DNA from: Wallemia ichthyophaga EXF-994
Lineage: Eukaryota; Fungi; Basidiomycota
Direction of reading: 5' to 3'
Length of the DNA stretch: 62,000 bases
Assembly (NCBI RefSeq): GCF_000400465.1
Contig: NW_008806281.1
Coordinates: forward strand, 20,001 to 82,000
The position numbers were made by a program, and so were the translations under genes. The notes below the pieces were generated by a model, which saw nothing but the letters and a program-made list of their open reading frames with translations, was not told the origin of the DNA and did not search any database. Shown one piece after another: positions 1-13,714 of the stretch. Every line of letters starts with the position of its first letter. Position 1 is the stretch's first letter.

Positions 1-573
1 GAAGGTATAAGTGCGCACTTCGGCATTACCCCAATATTTGCCCGAATTATAACCATCAGTGATCCACCTGAGTATATCGCCATGAGCCACGAAAACAATC
101 TCGCTCTCTGGTCTTTGTCTGATCCACTCCCTGCACTTGCGCGCTCTCTCGCCAGCGTTAGCTGGATCGTAAATGCCCTGCTTGTTAGTCCAGTTTGGGT
201 GGACATCCGAGAAGTCCAGCGAGGCGAACTCAGGGTCGCTTGTGAGGAGGTGGGGCTCGCTGCCGGTATCGCAGGGGTACGCGTTGATCTCTTGCGCAAT
301 AGTGACAAGTAGCGGTGGCTTACCGGCGGATTGCAGTCGCTGCACTAACTCTGGATACCCCTCGAGCATGGTTTGCATGGGGCGGCGCAACGGTGAGCTC
401 ACTACCAGCTCCGCCGTTTTTTGTATCGTACCCGCTGTCAGTGGGGACAGTCGCGCCGATTGCTCTCGCCCGAGCGCGGTTAATGGCGCATCGGCTATGC
501 TGTAGTCGTCCGCGACATTGTGCTCAGCTTGCGCGTGGCGCGTGAAGTAGATGGTCTTTGATGGGGCGCTCAT
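1..573 (-). CDS. Histidine phosphatase / phosphoglycerate-mutase-like protein (3' end runs off the left edge)
   Basis: Manual translation from ATG at 573 is open to base 1: MSAPSKTIYFTRHAQAEHN...VSSPLRR...VFVAHGDIL. Both His-phosphatase motifs are present. It is absent from the ORF track because no stop lies in the window. Confidence 0.82.
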   Translation of the reverse strand, partial: MSAPSKTIYFTRHAQAEHNVADDYSIADAPLTALGREQSARLSPLTAGTIQKTAELVVSSPLRRPMQTMLEGYPELVQRLQSAGKPPLLVTIAQEINAYPCDTGSEPHLLTSDPEFASLDFSDVHPNWTNKQGIYDPANAGERARKCREWIRQRPESEIVFVAHGDILRWITDGYNSGKYWGNAEVRTYTF

Positions 574-730
574 GATGGTTGGGTGGCACGAGTGGAGCGA
601 GAGCGAGAGTGTATGTGGATCTACGTGCGCGCGCACATGCGCCGAAATATCCTTATTTCCCGCCATCTCTCACGTTCACCTTCCATCTCCCATCTCCCAC
701 CGCCACCATTCTTGTTTTGCTACGCCGATC

Positions 731-3014
731 ATGTCGACACACATCAGGGAAACATTCTCGCAGTGCCATTCAAATGTGCGTTGTGCGTGGTAATCCTGCA
801 TAGATCCCCCACTCACACCGTCATTTCCAGGGCAAACCAGCTTTCGTGTGCGTATCAGCAGCAGAAACGAGACAAGACAAAGACTTACCCCGCACAGCAC
901 ATTCATGACAGCTGGCTATCCACACAGAGAGAGCACCGTCGATTTGATGCTGTCGCTCGAGAAAGGCGGCGCAGACATCATCGAGCTCGGTGTGCCATTC
1001 TCTGATCCAATCGCAGACGGTCCATCGATCCAGGCAGCCAACACTGTCGCTGTGTCAAACGGAATCACCTACGCGGACTGCCTCGAGTTCGTTCGTCAGG
1101 CTAGACAGCGTGGTTTGAAAACACCTGTCATGCTGATGGGCTATTACAATCCTGTCCTTAGCTACGGCGAAGAGAAAGCAGTCAAGGACGCCAAAGACGC
1201 CGGTGCCTCTGGTTACATCATGGTCGATTTGCCTCCAGAAGAAGCTGTTAAATTCCGTAATATCTGCACTTCAGAGGGTCTCTCTTACATACCACTCGTC
1301 GCTCCATCTACCACCGAATCACGCATTCAGTTCCTTGCTAGCATTACTGACTCGTTTATGTATGTTGTCTCCAAGGTGCGTCGTTGTTTGCGTGTTCCTG
1401 TCTTAGCTCATTTTCACTCTTCTTCAGATGGGCACTACTGGTTCTTCCACAGACGTCTCGACTGATATTCCCCAGCTTCTCGCTCGTATTAGAAAATACA
1501 CCTCCAATCCACTCGCTGTCGGTTTTAACATTTCCACGCGCGAGCACTTCAACTTTGTCGCAGACGCTGGCTCTGATGGTGTTGTCATTGGCTCGCGCAT
1601 CATCAATCTCGTCCGCGATGCACACAAAGAAGGTCGTGACATCAATGCAGCTGTTGTGAGCTACTGCGCTGATGTTTGTGCCGATGCCAAGGCAAGTTCT
1701 GGGCACAAGGCAGCAGCAGCGCCACCAATCGATCCACCGACTGAGCGCAACGCTGCTGAGCACCCACCTGCTCCCAACATGCCTGAGCCTTTGCTTGACG
1801 CAATGACAGGTCATCCAGCCCGTTTTGGTGAGTTCGGTGGTCAGTATGTTCCTGAAGCGCTTGTCGACGCCCTCGCTGAGCTGGAGGCAGCACATAGTCT
1901 TGCCGTAAGTGATCCCTCCTTCTGGCAAGAGTTGGAGGGCATGTACGAGTACATGGGTCGTCCATCCTACCTCTATGAGGCAACTCGTCTCACTGAACAC
2001 GCCCAGGGCGCGCGCATTTGGCTCAAGCGTGAGGATCTTAATCATACCGGCTCTCACAAAATTAATAACGCCGTCGGTCAGATCCTCCTCGCAAAGCGTC
2101 TCGGTAAGAAACGTATTATTGCTGAAACGGGAGCCGGTCAACACGGTGTTGCTACAGCTACAGTTTGTGCTCGCTTCGGCCTCGATTGTCATGTGTTCAT
2201 GGGAGCTGAAGATGTTAGACGTCAGGGATTGAATGTATTCAGGATGCGTATGTTAGGTGCACGCGTTATTCCAGTCACCAGCGGTGCACAGACACTCAAA
2301 GACGCTATCAATGAAGCTATGCGTGACTGGGTCACTAACCTTTCCTCAACTCACTACCTCGTCGGCTCCGCTATCGGTCCTCACCCCTTCCCTACGATTG
2401 TGCGCGATTTCCAGCACGTCATCAGCAAAGAGATCAAGAAGCAGATGATGGAGAAAGTGGGAGTGCTCCCTAATGCAGTCGTGGCCTGCGTGGGAGGTGG
2501 ATCTAATGCGATCGGCACCTTCTACGATTTCCTTCCGGACCCATCTGTGAAATTGATTGGTGTGGAAGCAGGAGGTGATGGAGTGGACACACAGAGACAC
2601 TCAGCCACACTCAGTCAGGGTAAGCCTGGTGTTTTGCACGGTGTGCGGACGTATCTCCTACAGAGTGCCAACGGACAGATTATCGAGACTCACTCTGTAT
2701 CTGCTGGTCTCGATTATCCAGGTGTAGGTCCAGAGCATGCCCATCTTAAGGATTCGGGTAGAGCGCAGTACATGGTCGCTGATGATGAGCAAGCTCTGCG
2801 CGGCTTCAGATTGCTCACTCAGCTCGAAGGTATCATCCCCGCCCTCGAATCCGCTCATGCTATCTGGGGTGGTGCTCAGTATGCCTCTACCCTCCGCAAG
2901 GAGGATCACGTCGTCATTTGTCTCTCAGGTAGAGGTGATAAGGATGTCGAACAGGTCAGTGAACTCCTCAAATCGGGTTGGGATAAGCGTCTCGATTGGG
3001 ATACCTCCGTGTAG
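731..3014 (+). CDS. TRP5: Tryptophan synthase, fused alpha-beta (spliced)
   Basis: Alpha motifs ([23 protein letters not shown]) are joined through a Pro/Ala linker to beta motifs ([38 protein letters not shown]). GT-AG introns at 776-830, 848-897 (17-nt microexon between them) and ~1377-1427. Confidence 0.97.
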
Positions 3015-3312
3015 GAGCGGTGTAATGGTGCTGTGGAAGGTGGAAAAGGTTTAAAGTGTTATTTAAACTTTATCGTGAAATGCATTGTATTGTTCAATCG
3101 GATTTCTTCTCGCATTTCTTGGTGCTGTGTGCATTTGAATATCCTTCAACATGACGTCACGTAGTGATCTTTGGAATGCCCACATGCCCAAATGACCGAA
3201 TATATATTTGCCGCAGTGCATATCTATCGTTGGTGTAAAAAATTGATCGTCTCTTGTTTCCTTCTCGTCCTTCTTGACTCTATCCTCCCTAGAAATACAG
3301 GTGTCTCAGTTT

Positions 3313-5062
3313 ATGATGGACACAAATACAAATGCACATGCAGATGCGGAATTAAAGACAAATACAGAGTCACCAAAAAACGCAGAAGATCTATCAACCA
3401 ATATCACCCAACCCACGCAGCTCTACCTAAACACTCAAGACACGCGCAAATTATCTACAGATTCATCTCAGCACACCCATGTCTGCAGTAGACATAGCTC
3501 CAGCTTCGACAAGTACCACTCGAGCTCAACGATACACCAAGACTCCCCTGCGTCGCACGACCTCCTCAACCAAGACATAGCCTACTATTTTCCCAACAAA
3601 GCCTACCGCTTCCAGAAGAAGTGGGTGCTGGTGGCTATGACAGCGTTGTCTTTCGCTACGATAGGTATCAATGATAGCGCTGTAGGTGCGTTAATGCCGC
3701 AGATGGAGAAATACTACCACAAAGTGAGACAAGTGATTGATTTAGATTTGCAAATCTAATTTGTCCCTTCAGAGCGAAGCTATAATGTCCTTCTCCTTCC
3801 TTGCGAACTCGGGTGGCTATGTCATCTCAACCGCCACATCCTCATTCCTGATACACCACCTGCAATTGCGCTACGTACTTATGATCGCCAGCTGTATTTA
3901 TTCGTTAGGCTCATTAATTGGCACATTTAGACCACCGTGAGTGTTTATACGAAAACTTTGGTGGTTCAAGGACTCATAGAATTCAAATTCCAACAGCTTC
4001 GGTGCTCTCATGGTTTCTTTTATCCTAACTGGCTTTGGTGGTGGGTTGCTAGACACTGCGGCTACATCTGTAATCGTCCATTTCGAAGATGGGCCACTGC
4101 TCACAGTGACATACTCCTTTTTCTCGCTCGGATCTATGGCGTCGCCATTCCTCGTCGGCGGACTGCAGAGCGGCGATAAGCAGCCATGGGAACTTTACTT
4201 CTGGTTTCCGTTCTCCCTAGCTGCTTTTCTCTTCCTCTTGCAGTGGTTCGTCTATCGCTCGTACAAGGCTCCAATTGAGAAGGATGCGTTGCATCTGAGT
4301 GCTGCGCGCAAATTTCGCCTCGTAATCACTGACTGGACCATCATAATCGGTGTCTCGCTCACCTTTGTTGTGTTTGCAATGCAGGGTGGGAGGAAATTTT
4401 GCGACAGATACTAACACTGACGCGGACACTCCACAGACTCTTGGAGCCAGTGGGCGAGCAAGTATTTGCAGGACACGAAGGAGCTCGGTGACGGTATTCC
4501 CCAGATCGCCCAAGGGACGTTCTGGGCCGGCGTGGCTGTTTCGCGCATAGTGCTGTGCAAATTAGTCGCTATGGTGGGTGACATCAAGGCATCGGTCAGC
4601 CTCTGCGCTATGTTTGCCCTCGTCTTGGTCGGTGTGTGGTTGGTCGAGACGCAGCATTTGGCAGGTGCTATATGTCTTAATATCCTGCTCGGTTTCGTCG
4701 ACGGACCACTCGTACCCGTCGTGCTGTCTACCAGTGTTAATACTCTGCCTCACTACCTCAAACAGCCTGCTACATCGGCCATTGTGTGTGGCGGTTTAGT
4801 TGGCTCTAGCATTATTCCCCTTGCTGTGGGACAGGCTGTCAACGCCTTCTCTACCGATATTGTGCCAGGAGTACTTATTGTTATTGCAGCAGTCAGCATC
4901 CTCCTCTATACCGTGCTGTATACCACTAAATACCTCAAGCTGATGAAAGATAATGATATCAAGCCTAGCATAAGTGGTTGGATGAAAGCTTCAATTAGCA
5001 AAAATACCTCTTTTTCCTCTAAGCATAGAGAATGCGCGCAACAGTCCCAAGCATCACCATAA
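3313..5062 (+). CDS. MFS transporter, Bsc6/FucP-like, paralogue 1 (spliced)
   Basis: Multiple hydrophobic helices; motifs IGINDSAVGALMPQMEKYY, GGGLLDTAAT, YSFFSLGSMASP, FWAGVAVSR. ORF pieces are joined by short GT-AG introns. Confidence 0.85.
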
Positions 5063-5515
5063 TCACCGTGATATATTTCTTTGTATAGAGCACACAAGCC
5101 CTCGTTTGGTTTTTTAAGATAGAAGGATCTTGTTTAATGATTTGTAATTTGTTTTATCGATGTTTTTGTTGCAATTGTTACTGTTGCTTGGCACGGATAC
5201 AAGCGCCTCTGAAACCCTGCTGCAAATCTCCCTACACTAGCCTCTAGCACCTCTCAGCTACATTATAATATGAAAAAGCTATACCGTCACACATTTTATT
5301 ATTCTTGGCAGCATGCATTCGCTAATCCCCGCGAAATGACTCCAATTATGAAAATTTGACCGGAATGTTCTTTGAATATTCGCGCTTCGCCGAGCGCATG
5401 TAGGAATATAATTTCCCTTTCTGGCATCTTTTGACGTCTTATACCAGTTACAAAACACACGAACGATCTAGAACGAACACTACACAACAATACGACAACA
5501 TAGCTACTAGTGAAA

Positions 5516-7418
5516 ATGTTCACAAGCAAGAACAAAAAAGCATCGCAGAAGCAAAAACAGAAAGAAAGAGAGAGAATGGAGCAAAATAAGGAGAACCTCC
5601 CAGATACAAGGACTCTGCCGTACCTCCACAATGGTCGACGTGAGAGTCAAGACTACACGAGAAATAACACGTTGGGTGTTGGGAGCACATCACTTATTGA
5701 TACACTAGAAACTATTCCTAGTGTTTCCCCTGATGACAAGAAGTACATCAAGGAACCCGAGCGTACTAGGAAGAAGCCAAAACGCACAAAATCTGCACCT
5801 CCGCTGACCATGCACAACTTTGACACTCAGTCTGAAGCATCTATAAATGAGTTAGATAGGGGCGATAAATACCTCAAGAAGGTATTTTTCTTCCACAACT
5901 CGCGATGGAGACTTCGCAGGTGCTATGTCATGATTGGTATGACGAGGTGAGTTGTTTCTTTGTCTACTTAAAAATTCTAAAGAGAACAGCTTGACATACA
6001 TGGTAATCGGACTAAACAGTAGTGCAATCGGTGGTCTTATACCACAAATGGGAGAGTATTATGACATAGTGAGTAAGTTATGCACAATTCAGTCTCTACT
6101 GACAAGCACAGTCAGAAGATGATATGTCAATGTGCTTTTTAGCTAATTTTGGCGGATACTTAATCTCGACCGCTTTGTCCGCGTTCCTGATTCATCACGT
6201 CAGACTCCGTTTGGTATTAACTGTGGGCTGTTCCTAGTAACTGTAAACCTTATCTGATAGCAGCACAGTCGGCATCAGCAATTTACTTTAGTGGTTCGCT
6301 CGTTGCAACATTTGCGCCTCCTTTCGCTGTCTTTATCGTCAGTCTCGTTTGTGAGTAGTGCAATGTATTGTCAACTTCGTCTAACAACATCAGTGACTGG
6401 TACAGGGGCAGGTCTGTTGGATGTGGCTGCAACTTCAGTTATTATGCATTACGAAGATGGTCCGCTACTGACAGTCACATACTCGTTCTTCTCGGTGGGG
6501 TCGATGATCGCACCTTTCTTAGTCGGAGGGTTGAGAGCCAGCAACAACAAGCCATGGAATCTGTACTTCTGGCTTCCTGTCGCACTCTCCTCTCTGCTCA
6601 TGGTGTTGCAGTGGTTTGTCTACGCCTCCTACCAGTCACCCTCGGAGAAACGCTCTGGCAATGACACATCTTTCCGTCGACTCCGCTTCGTTCTCTCAGA
6701 TCCTTTCATGTTGTGAGTTTTGGTTATATAATGAAACACCCACTAACAACACGATAGACTCACGATCATACTCTTCTTCGTCATGATGGGCATGCAGGAT
6801 AGTTGGTCGCAGTGGGCTGTATCGTATCTAGAGAGGGCAAAGGGTATGGAAGGTTCACTTGCAAACATAAACTTAGCATGTTTCTGGGCTGGTGTTACCC
6901 TCTCCCGCTTAACTCTCGGTCATTTCATAAACAAATGGGGTGATATGAAGTCTGCAATCACGCTCAATCTGGCATTCACGTTCATGATGACTGGATTTTG
7001 GCAAATCGACGACAGTCTCAATTACGGTCCAATTGTCTTGAACATATTTTGCGGTATTTTCGTAGGTCCGCTGGTACCACTCATATTAACAACAGCCGTT
7101 GATCGGTTGCCACATACTTTAAAGACGACGGCAACATCTACAGTCATAGCTGGCGGACTAATTGGTAGTACCGTTATGCCGATGTCCCTCGGTCAAGCTA
7201 TTCATAAATTTTCCGAACACATTATACCAGGGGTATTGATTGTCGTGTCGTTCATCCTTCTCGCTGGACTTCTCGCCCTCTTTTCTATGAAATACTATAG
7301 ACGATCTTTAAGCAAGAAGGACATTTCTAAGACTGTTCACAACCACGGCTCCTTGGCTCATGAAATGAGGTTAAATAGGAGAAAGCTCGTTCATCCACCG
7401 CGCATAAACAGACAATGA
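5516..7418 (+). CDS. MFS transporter, Bsc6/FucP-like, paralogue 2 (spliced)
   Basis: Same motif set as paralogue 1 (GAGLLDVAAT, YSFFSVGSMIAP, FWAGVTLSR, GPLVP). Hydrophilic N-tail and several short introns. Confidence 0.85.
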
Positions 7419-7862
7419 TCAATACATTAACCAGACTCTAACGAGCGCTTTAAATATTGAAATCTCTACAGATCGATGGATTATTGCTTTTGCTTAAAAC
7501 TTGTTTTACTCTTCTTAACTTTAATGTAGTTTTCAATTACACTTTGCTTAAATTTTTCAAGAATCTTAAGATTGGCTTGTTTGATTAATTACATAATCTA
7601 CGCAAGAAATTCTTATTCCTGAGTCTCTTGAAAAGGGAAAGTAAATTAGAAATCTTTGTTTGTTTGCTTTGGAATGAAGAATGGTGGAGGAATGAAGAGT
7701 GAGGAATGGAGATGCCTTTGATGCTTACGTGTTCACTGCGGATGATACGGGCAATTGAGCCCGATTCAATCAATTGGAGAACGGAATGTCAAATCATTAT
7801 CCACATGAATTCATGGTGATAATCATCTCACTGAGGTGCCGCAAGCGTTGTTATAATAGACT

Positions 7863-9474
7863 ATGGTTACTTTTTTCAAAAAATCTTCAGCAGCTAATAG
7901 CGGTGGCAATACTGACAAATCATCAGTCCCGTATACTGGCACAGATAATGACACATCCAACAATGGCAACACTGTCAAATCACAAGTAGCGGATAATGAC
8001 GCAAATAGCGACATATCTAGTCTCGAGAAACAAAATATCAGTGAAAAAGTAGAGCTTTCCACCATAAGATGGTCTATCATGATAGTTTTTCTATGTTTCT
8101 CATTCACTGCAATCGGGATAAACGACTCAGCAACGGGTTCCAATTTACACAACATACAAGAGCGCTACTCAATAAGCTATAAGCAAACATCCTTTCTCTT
8201 TCTCTCCAACGCTGGCGGCTATGCTGTCTCAAGTTTGTGCACTTGCTACGTAATGTTTTGGATAGGTGTACGCTGGACAATCTTTTTCTCAGCTATTATT
8301 TATTCTGGAGGAGCTCTTATTACTTCTTTTGCACCCCCCTTTGGTGTTATCGTCGTTTCCTTATTCCTGCAAGGAGTAGGTAGTGGATTCTTAGACGCGG
8401 CAGCTACCTCTGTTCTCGCTCTAATTGCCTCTGCTGATGTGCTATCGCGTGTGTACGCTTCATTTTCGCTTGGTTCTGTGGGTTGGGAGTCACAACTCTT
8501 CTGAACATTTAGTCTAACAAAGCATGGCTACAGATGACTGCGCCTTTTATTATCGGTGCATTCTCTCAACATCATTTGACTTGGAATGTAAGTGGGATGT
8601 TCTGAAACATCTCAATTGCTCAACAAACGACAGTACTTTTACTTCTTTCCAATGTGAGCTAAGAACGCCATAGAAAGAAAGTCACTAAAGTAGACCAGGT
8701 CATTAGGAATCGTTCTCGCCTCAACTGCTTTATGGGTTTTTAAACACTTTACTCTTCCAAACCAAGGCGATAAAAAGCACGAGAAAGACAAGTCTGGAAC
8801 GGTGAATGGCCGACTGAAGTTAATTCTTTCAAGATCTGAGGTGTATTTGGCACTCGTTCTTGTATGCCTCGCTAGTTCTCATCAGTGTATAAACTCACAA
8901 TGGTCGCCGTCCTATTTCCTATTAAAGGGATACGAGGAAGACGTGAGTACATATGTCGTAGCCGGATTCTGGGGAGGTGGGTTAAAGGTTCTCTAGAATT
9001 TCGCACTAACTATCGACAGGTGTGACAATTGGCAGGTTGGCCGGTCCCACTGTGTTCAAGAAAGTATATGACAAGACACGCAATATATCACTTGTCGCGC
9101 TAGCAATGGTATTCAGTGGTGTCATATTTGCTGTCGATAGCCTGGCAGCTAGAGCGACACTTCTATGCCTGACAGGGCTAGCATGGGGTAAGTAACCCTA
9201 AAGTAACGACCTCAAACTTAAACACTGACCGTCGGCGAATATAGGCCCGATAGCTCCAGCGAGTATCGATGCAGGTATATCGATGGTGCTTGAGGAGGAA
9301 ATATCAATAATAACCCCACTGATAATATGCTCTGGATTGCTGGGAGCGAGTTTCGCGCCCTTTTTCTTCTCATTCGCCGCTGATGCCTTTACAGCCAATA
9401 TATTACAACCAGTGCTAATTGTCGTGGCTGGAATAGAGCTAATATTATTCATCTTTGTACCAAAGAAACAATGA
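7863..9474 (+). CDS. MFS transporter, Bsc6/FucP-like, paralogue 3 (spliced, more divergent)
   Basis: IGINDSATGSNLHNIQERY, GSGFLDAAAT, YASFSLGS, GFWGG. Several introns. Confidence 0.82.
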
Positions 9475-10710
9475 AATTATTGTCGGCTATTCTAGCTGAC
9501 CTTGACATTTGCACAATCATTCCTGCTATTGCGAGCAAGTAAGCTTGATACATAGCCATAGATAATCTTTAAAGTATCTCTTCAGAATCATATCCTTGAG
9601 ATTCCAATTGCGTGTTATAGGCTGTTCGGAAGTTGCAATCCGAAATCACTATGGAACACGTTTTAAGGATAGATATGGAATATTTTATGTGTTTGATCGA
9701 TATAACAGATTTTATTGACTTTTAAAGACTACAAGCATCCAAAAATCTCAATTTTTCGAATCTACAAACGCAAATTATCCTTTTCGACGCATAGTCTTTA
9801 CAGGAATTGATGCTTGCTCCAGGGGTATAGTGGGATCATCAAACACCTAGCAAAACAGTTTATGGAAAGGAAAGTGGGAGTCAGCCGAGCTCTGAAATCG
9901 GGGTTTGGCTTCTGATCAGTGCGTTTCAGGATTTCACATGATGGGGATGCGAAGGCTGTTGAGGCTCCTTTGGAATCATTATAGGCAGGACAATTGGATG
10001 TAAAATTTTAAGCTCCTAAACATCGCCTGAATGCTAGACATTAACAAGCAGGCTGACAGATTGGCTGGTAAACTACGTCTATGGCATTCTATGCGATTTT
10101 GGCGTCATACTTGACAGGGTATGTGTGGCGTGAGAAAACCCTGGAAAAAGCACTCAATGACCTTCAAACTTTAAAGCTTACCGTGGCGTAAGTCAAATGT
10201 TTCCATTAAGTGTGATGAAGGGATATAGTGATATGGGAGATAAGCATGAAATATATTAATGGATGAGATTCCTACCAGCGCAGCTTATTGACTGCTCTCT
10301 TCATTATAAGTGAAATGCAATCAGACTTAAAGGTTTATAAAGGCTAAAGAAGGGCGCTAGCGACAGTGTACATGTGAATATTATAGACTATTAATGTTTG
10401 TAGATTAAAAAAATTACAAGCTTTCAGTCGACCGTTCTGGCTTTGTGTGACATTTGAAGAAGGGTACAAGCCTGAGTCGATATGATATCAGTATCCTTGA
10501 GAGTGCCTGAGCTGTATTCGAGATTCGAGATTCGAGATTTGGCACTGCCTTCTTCAAAGAACTGCATCTTCATTCCTCAAGCACCTACAGTGCAGCTTAA
10601 GAGAACTTCAGAGCATTCCAAAGATCTGTCAGCCGATCCTCAGAAACAGCTCTGGAATAAGCACCGTCATGTTAACTAGGAATAGAAGTAACCACAACCC
10701 CTCAACTACA

Positions 10711-12563
10711 ATGGCTTCCAACGCGTGCTTATGTGGTGCTATCCCCAACAAGACACGCGACCCTGAATCAATCTACTGCTCGACAACATGCGCGCGAGCC
10801 GACTCACTCGCTGCGTTGACCGCGCCAGAAGAGCTCACGTACACACGAGCCAGCCACTACCGCCGTGTATCATCCAAACAGGAGTTGCACGTGCAAGCCA
10901 GCAGCAAAAGCAGTAAGGACGGCAAAGGCAGCAAAGAAATCGATGTCAACAAAGATGTCGACAGTCAGTCGTCCTCTTCGAAGAAATCTGCTACACGCAA
11001 GTCACACTGGAAGAAAGCGAGACAGATGCTCTTCGGCAGTCCTGGTACACCTGAAGAGAGCGGCGTGGAAGAGAAGAAGCTGAAAGGCAGGATACTGAGA
11101 CGCAAGTCCAAGTCGTACTCCATCCTCAATCCGTCAAGACAAGCGAGATCACCGCCTAGTGAGTGCTTGGAGTATCGCGAACGACACCTTCTGACACCCA
11201 CATAGAACAACCGCAACTCGGCCAGCCTAAACTCAAGCTAAAACCCGTAACGAGGCAGCGGACGTGCTCCAGCGAAGAAGAACTGAAACCTCCCCCTCTT
11301 CCGCCAAAGCAGGCCAAACTACCCCTAGGCGCACGCCACAAGCGCGTACCGGCAATCATAAAGATACCAGGTCGTGACGTAGACTATACACACTCTAGGA
11401 ACGCGTCTACAGCTTCGGAAGCACAGACAACAGCATCGTCTGCTAACACAACGACTACTTTCCAGACTGACACCACTGCCACAACAGCTCCGTCGAGCAT
11501 CGTGTTGGACACGCCATTAATTTCGCCCAAGAAGTTCGGTGCCCACAGTACGCATGGTTCACATGGCTCAAGTGCTTCGCACGTCTCATGCGGATCGCAT
11601 AAGAGACAGTCGATCGCTTCACGTATCAGCCACCCCCGGCACTCTCCGGAATCAACACCGATCGCAAACAAAGTGGAAACGACGCCGGTGATTTCGCCAA
11701 AGATATTCGGTCCACAACAGAGAGAATCGTTTGGTTCGCGTATAACCAACTCACCGGAATCTACAGCGACACCTACAGGATTAGCACTAGGGACAGTCGA
11801 TAACACAGGCACACCAACGCCCGCGCCTGTGATCAGTTTCAATGACATGGATGATAGCTTAGTGCGGTCGCCATCGTCGAACACAGTGGCTTTGAATAGA
11901 GCTCGCTCAAAAGCATTGAGGGACAGAGCTAAGCGGTTGTCACTTGCTAAGTCTTCCAACAACCTCCAGGTTGCCTCAAACCAGAGTCTCACGAAGACAC
12001 TGCAACAGTCTCAAAGCTGCTCGACGTTCAGATCTGCAACGACAAGCACATCTAAGCAGACTTTCGAGAGTGCGTTCGATGGCACCAACCCAGCTGATTA
12101 CAGTCCAAGTCCAACATGGGAATACGACGATATATACAACAGCAACAGCCATATTTCGCTCGATAATGGGAATGGGAATGAAGACAGGGTCAATGGTAAT
12201 GCTGCTGGTATCATGCCACTACAATCAATCAGGGAATACTCACCAATCAAGGAGTCGCATGAGCCATTAGCAAATAAGGAGTCACCACCAAAGGAGGCAT
12301 CTCCACCACTCGTCGATTACGATCTGGATTGGTACATTCAACACTCTCAGTCGTACAAATCCATCAAGATAGCACCACCACCTGCACCACCAGTCGCACA
12401 ATCAATCGCACCAAAATCAGCGCCTCCCAGCCCGTCTGACCCGAATGCAACATTCTCAAAGATGAGCAACACCAACCACGCTGAACAGAACGAACTTGAG
12501 GATCTAGATGATAGCATGAAGCAGGCATTGCTGATGGCGGATGATATACTCGCATTTTCCTAA
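10711..12563 (+). CDS. Low-complexity Ser/Thr/Pro-rich protein with N-terminal CxC...YCSxxC (Ecl1-like) motif
   Basis: ORFs 10669-11205 and 11163-12563 are joined by intron 11160-11206 (GTGAGT...CTGAC...TAG). N-terminus is MASNACLCGAIPNKTRDPESIYCSTTCARAD. Confidence 0.65.
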
Positions 12564-12849
12564 ACATTCTTATGACTCTGATGATATTTATTAACTGTCT
12601 CTTGCACGAAAAACACTACGCTCACTACGTTTTCTTATTTGTACGTTCGCATACTCGCACAATCGTTATTGTCATGTTTTTGTTATATTTGAAGATGAAT
12701 GAAATAATGCAATACAAAACAAATCGTTAGGGTGCGCAATCCAAGCGCTGTCTTTGGTGCTATGTGCTACGTGCTATGAGCGACGAGCTATTGGCTATCG
12801 TGCTTTTCTATGCTGATATAATTATGAGAGTGTGTAAAAAAAGAGAATC

Positions 12850-13714
12850 CTAGTAAATGACACCGCGGTCACCACCTGCAATCCTTTGCAGACGGGAAGT
12901 GATTGAGAAGTCACCGTAAAAGGACATGCTGTCTTCGAGCTTATTCCTGACGTCTTTCTCGTCGACTCTGCTACCCCAGATGGACTCGCTGTAGATATCC
13001 TCGGCGTCAAAACGCTTCAATCTGGGACAAGCTGTGGCTATACCAGCGAGCATTGTTGCAGGCGCCTTAATAGCCTGGCCGAGCGAGATAGTCTCCAGGG
13101 TTGGCGACAAGACAGCAGGGAGGTATCTATCTGGATGTGTGCACTGAGGGAACTGGACGTGTGACATGCTCAAGTGCAGCAGTCTGCTCCATCTTGGCAG
13201 TTGGTTTAGGACGATTGTGAGACATGGCGTCACCACACTGAGACTGATATGATGCGGTGGGTCAGGTGATGTCCATTCGAAGCTTATCGGGCTGCGTGCG
13301 AGTGTGAGAAGAGGTGAAGTGTAATGGCATTCCCACTCACTCGATAGCAGCGAGACCTTCAATCAAACCACGCCTGTCTTCGTTCCAGAGACCCATAGCG
13401 CGTAATTTGAGGTGCTGCACGTTGCGGCACTTAGTTAAGGCATTGCCAACAGAATCCCACACAGAACCAGCAGCTGAGGGGAGGTTGATGTGTAGTGCCC
13501 TGACTTTGCTGAGAAGCTCGAGTGGAACGTTGTTGGAAAACAGCTCAAGTTGGTTGAGTGAGTTGATGGCGCATGGATGCTGCTGGTATACGTGACGATA
13601 GAGAATTTGAGTTGTGCGCGGGTGTATCAGCAGCAGATCCAACGCGCTCGAGCGGGAGTCTTGCAGTGCGTCTGTGAGAATAGGTTCGAGGAGTTCTGTG
13701 GGCAATTTAATCAT
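12850..13714 (-). CDS. Hypothetical protein with F-box-like N-terminus and RNI/LRR-like body
   Basis: MIKLPTELLEPIL start is F-box-like, followed by Leu-rich segments (VRALHINL, LHLSMSHV, LETISL). Two ORFs are joined by a GTGAGT...CAG intron at about 13294-13348. Confidence 0.55.

Noticed and set aside
731-1465. Apparent frameshifts or split ORFs in TRP5, and likewise at 11160-11206, in DLD2, VPS18 and NRDE2
   Set aside because: In the cases traced, the break is bridged by a ~50-nt GT-AG intron with a branch-like motif that restores the frame.
1356-2192. Long antisense or overlapping ORFs over conserved genes (e.g. 1356-2192, 11384-11992, 24578-25102)
   Set aside because: They have no motifs and are the expected shadow ORFs opposite codon-biased genes.
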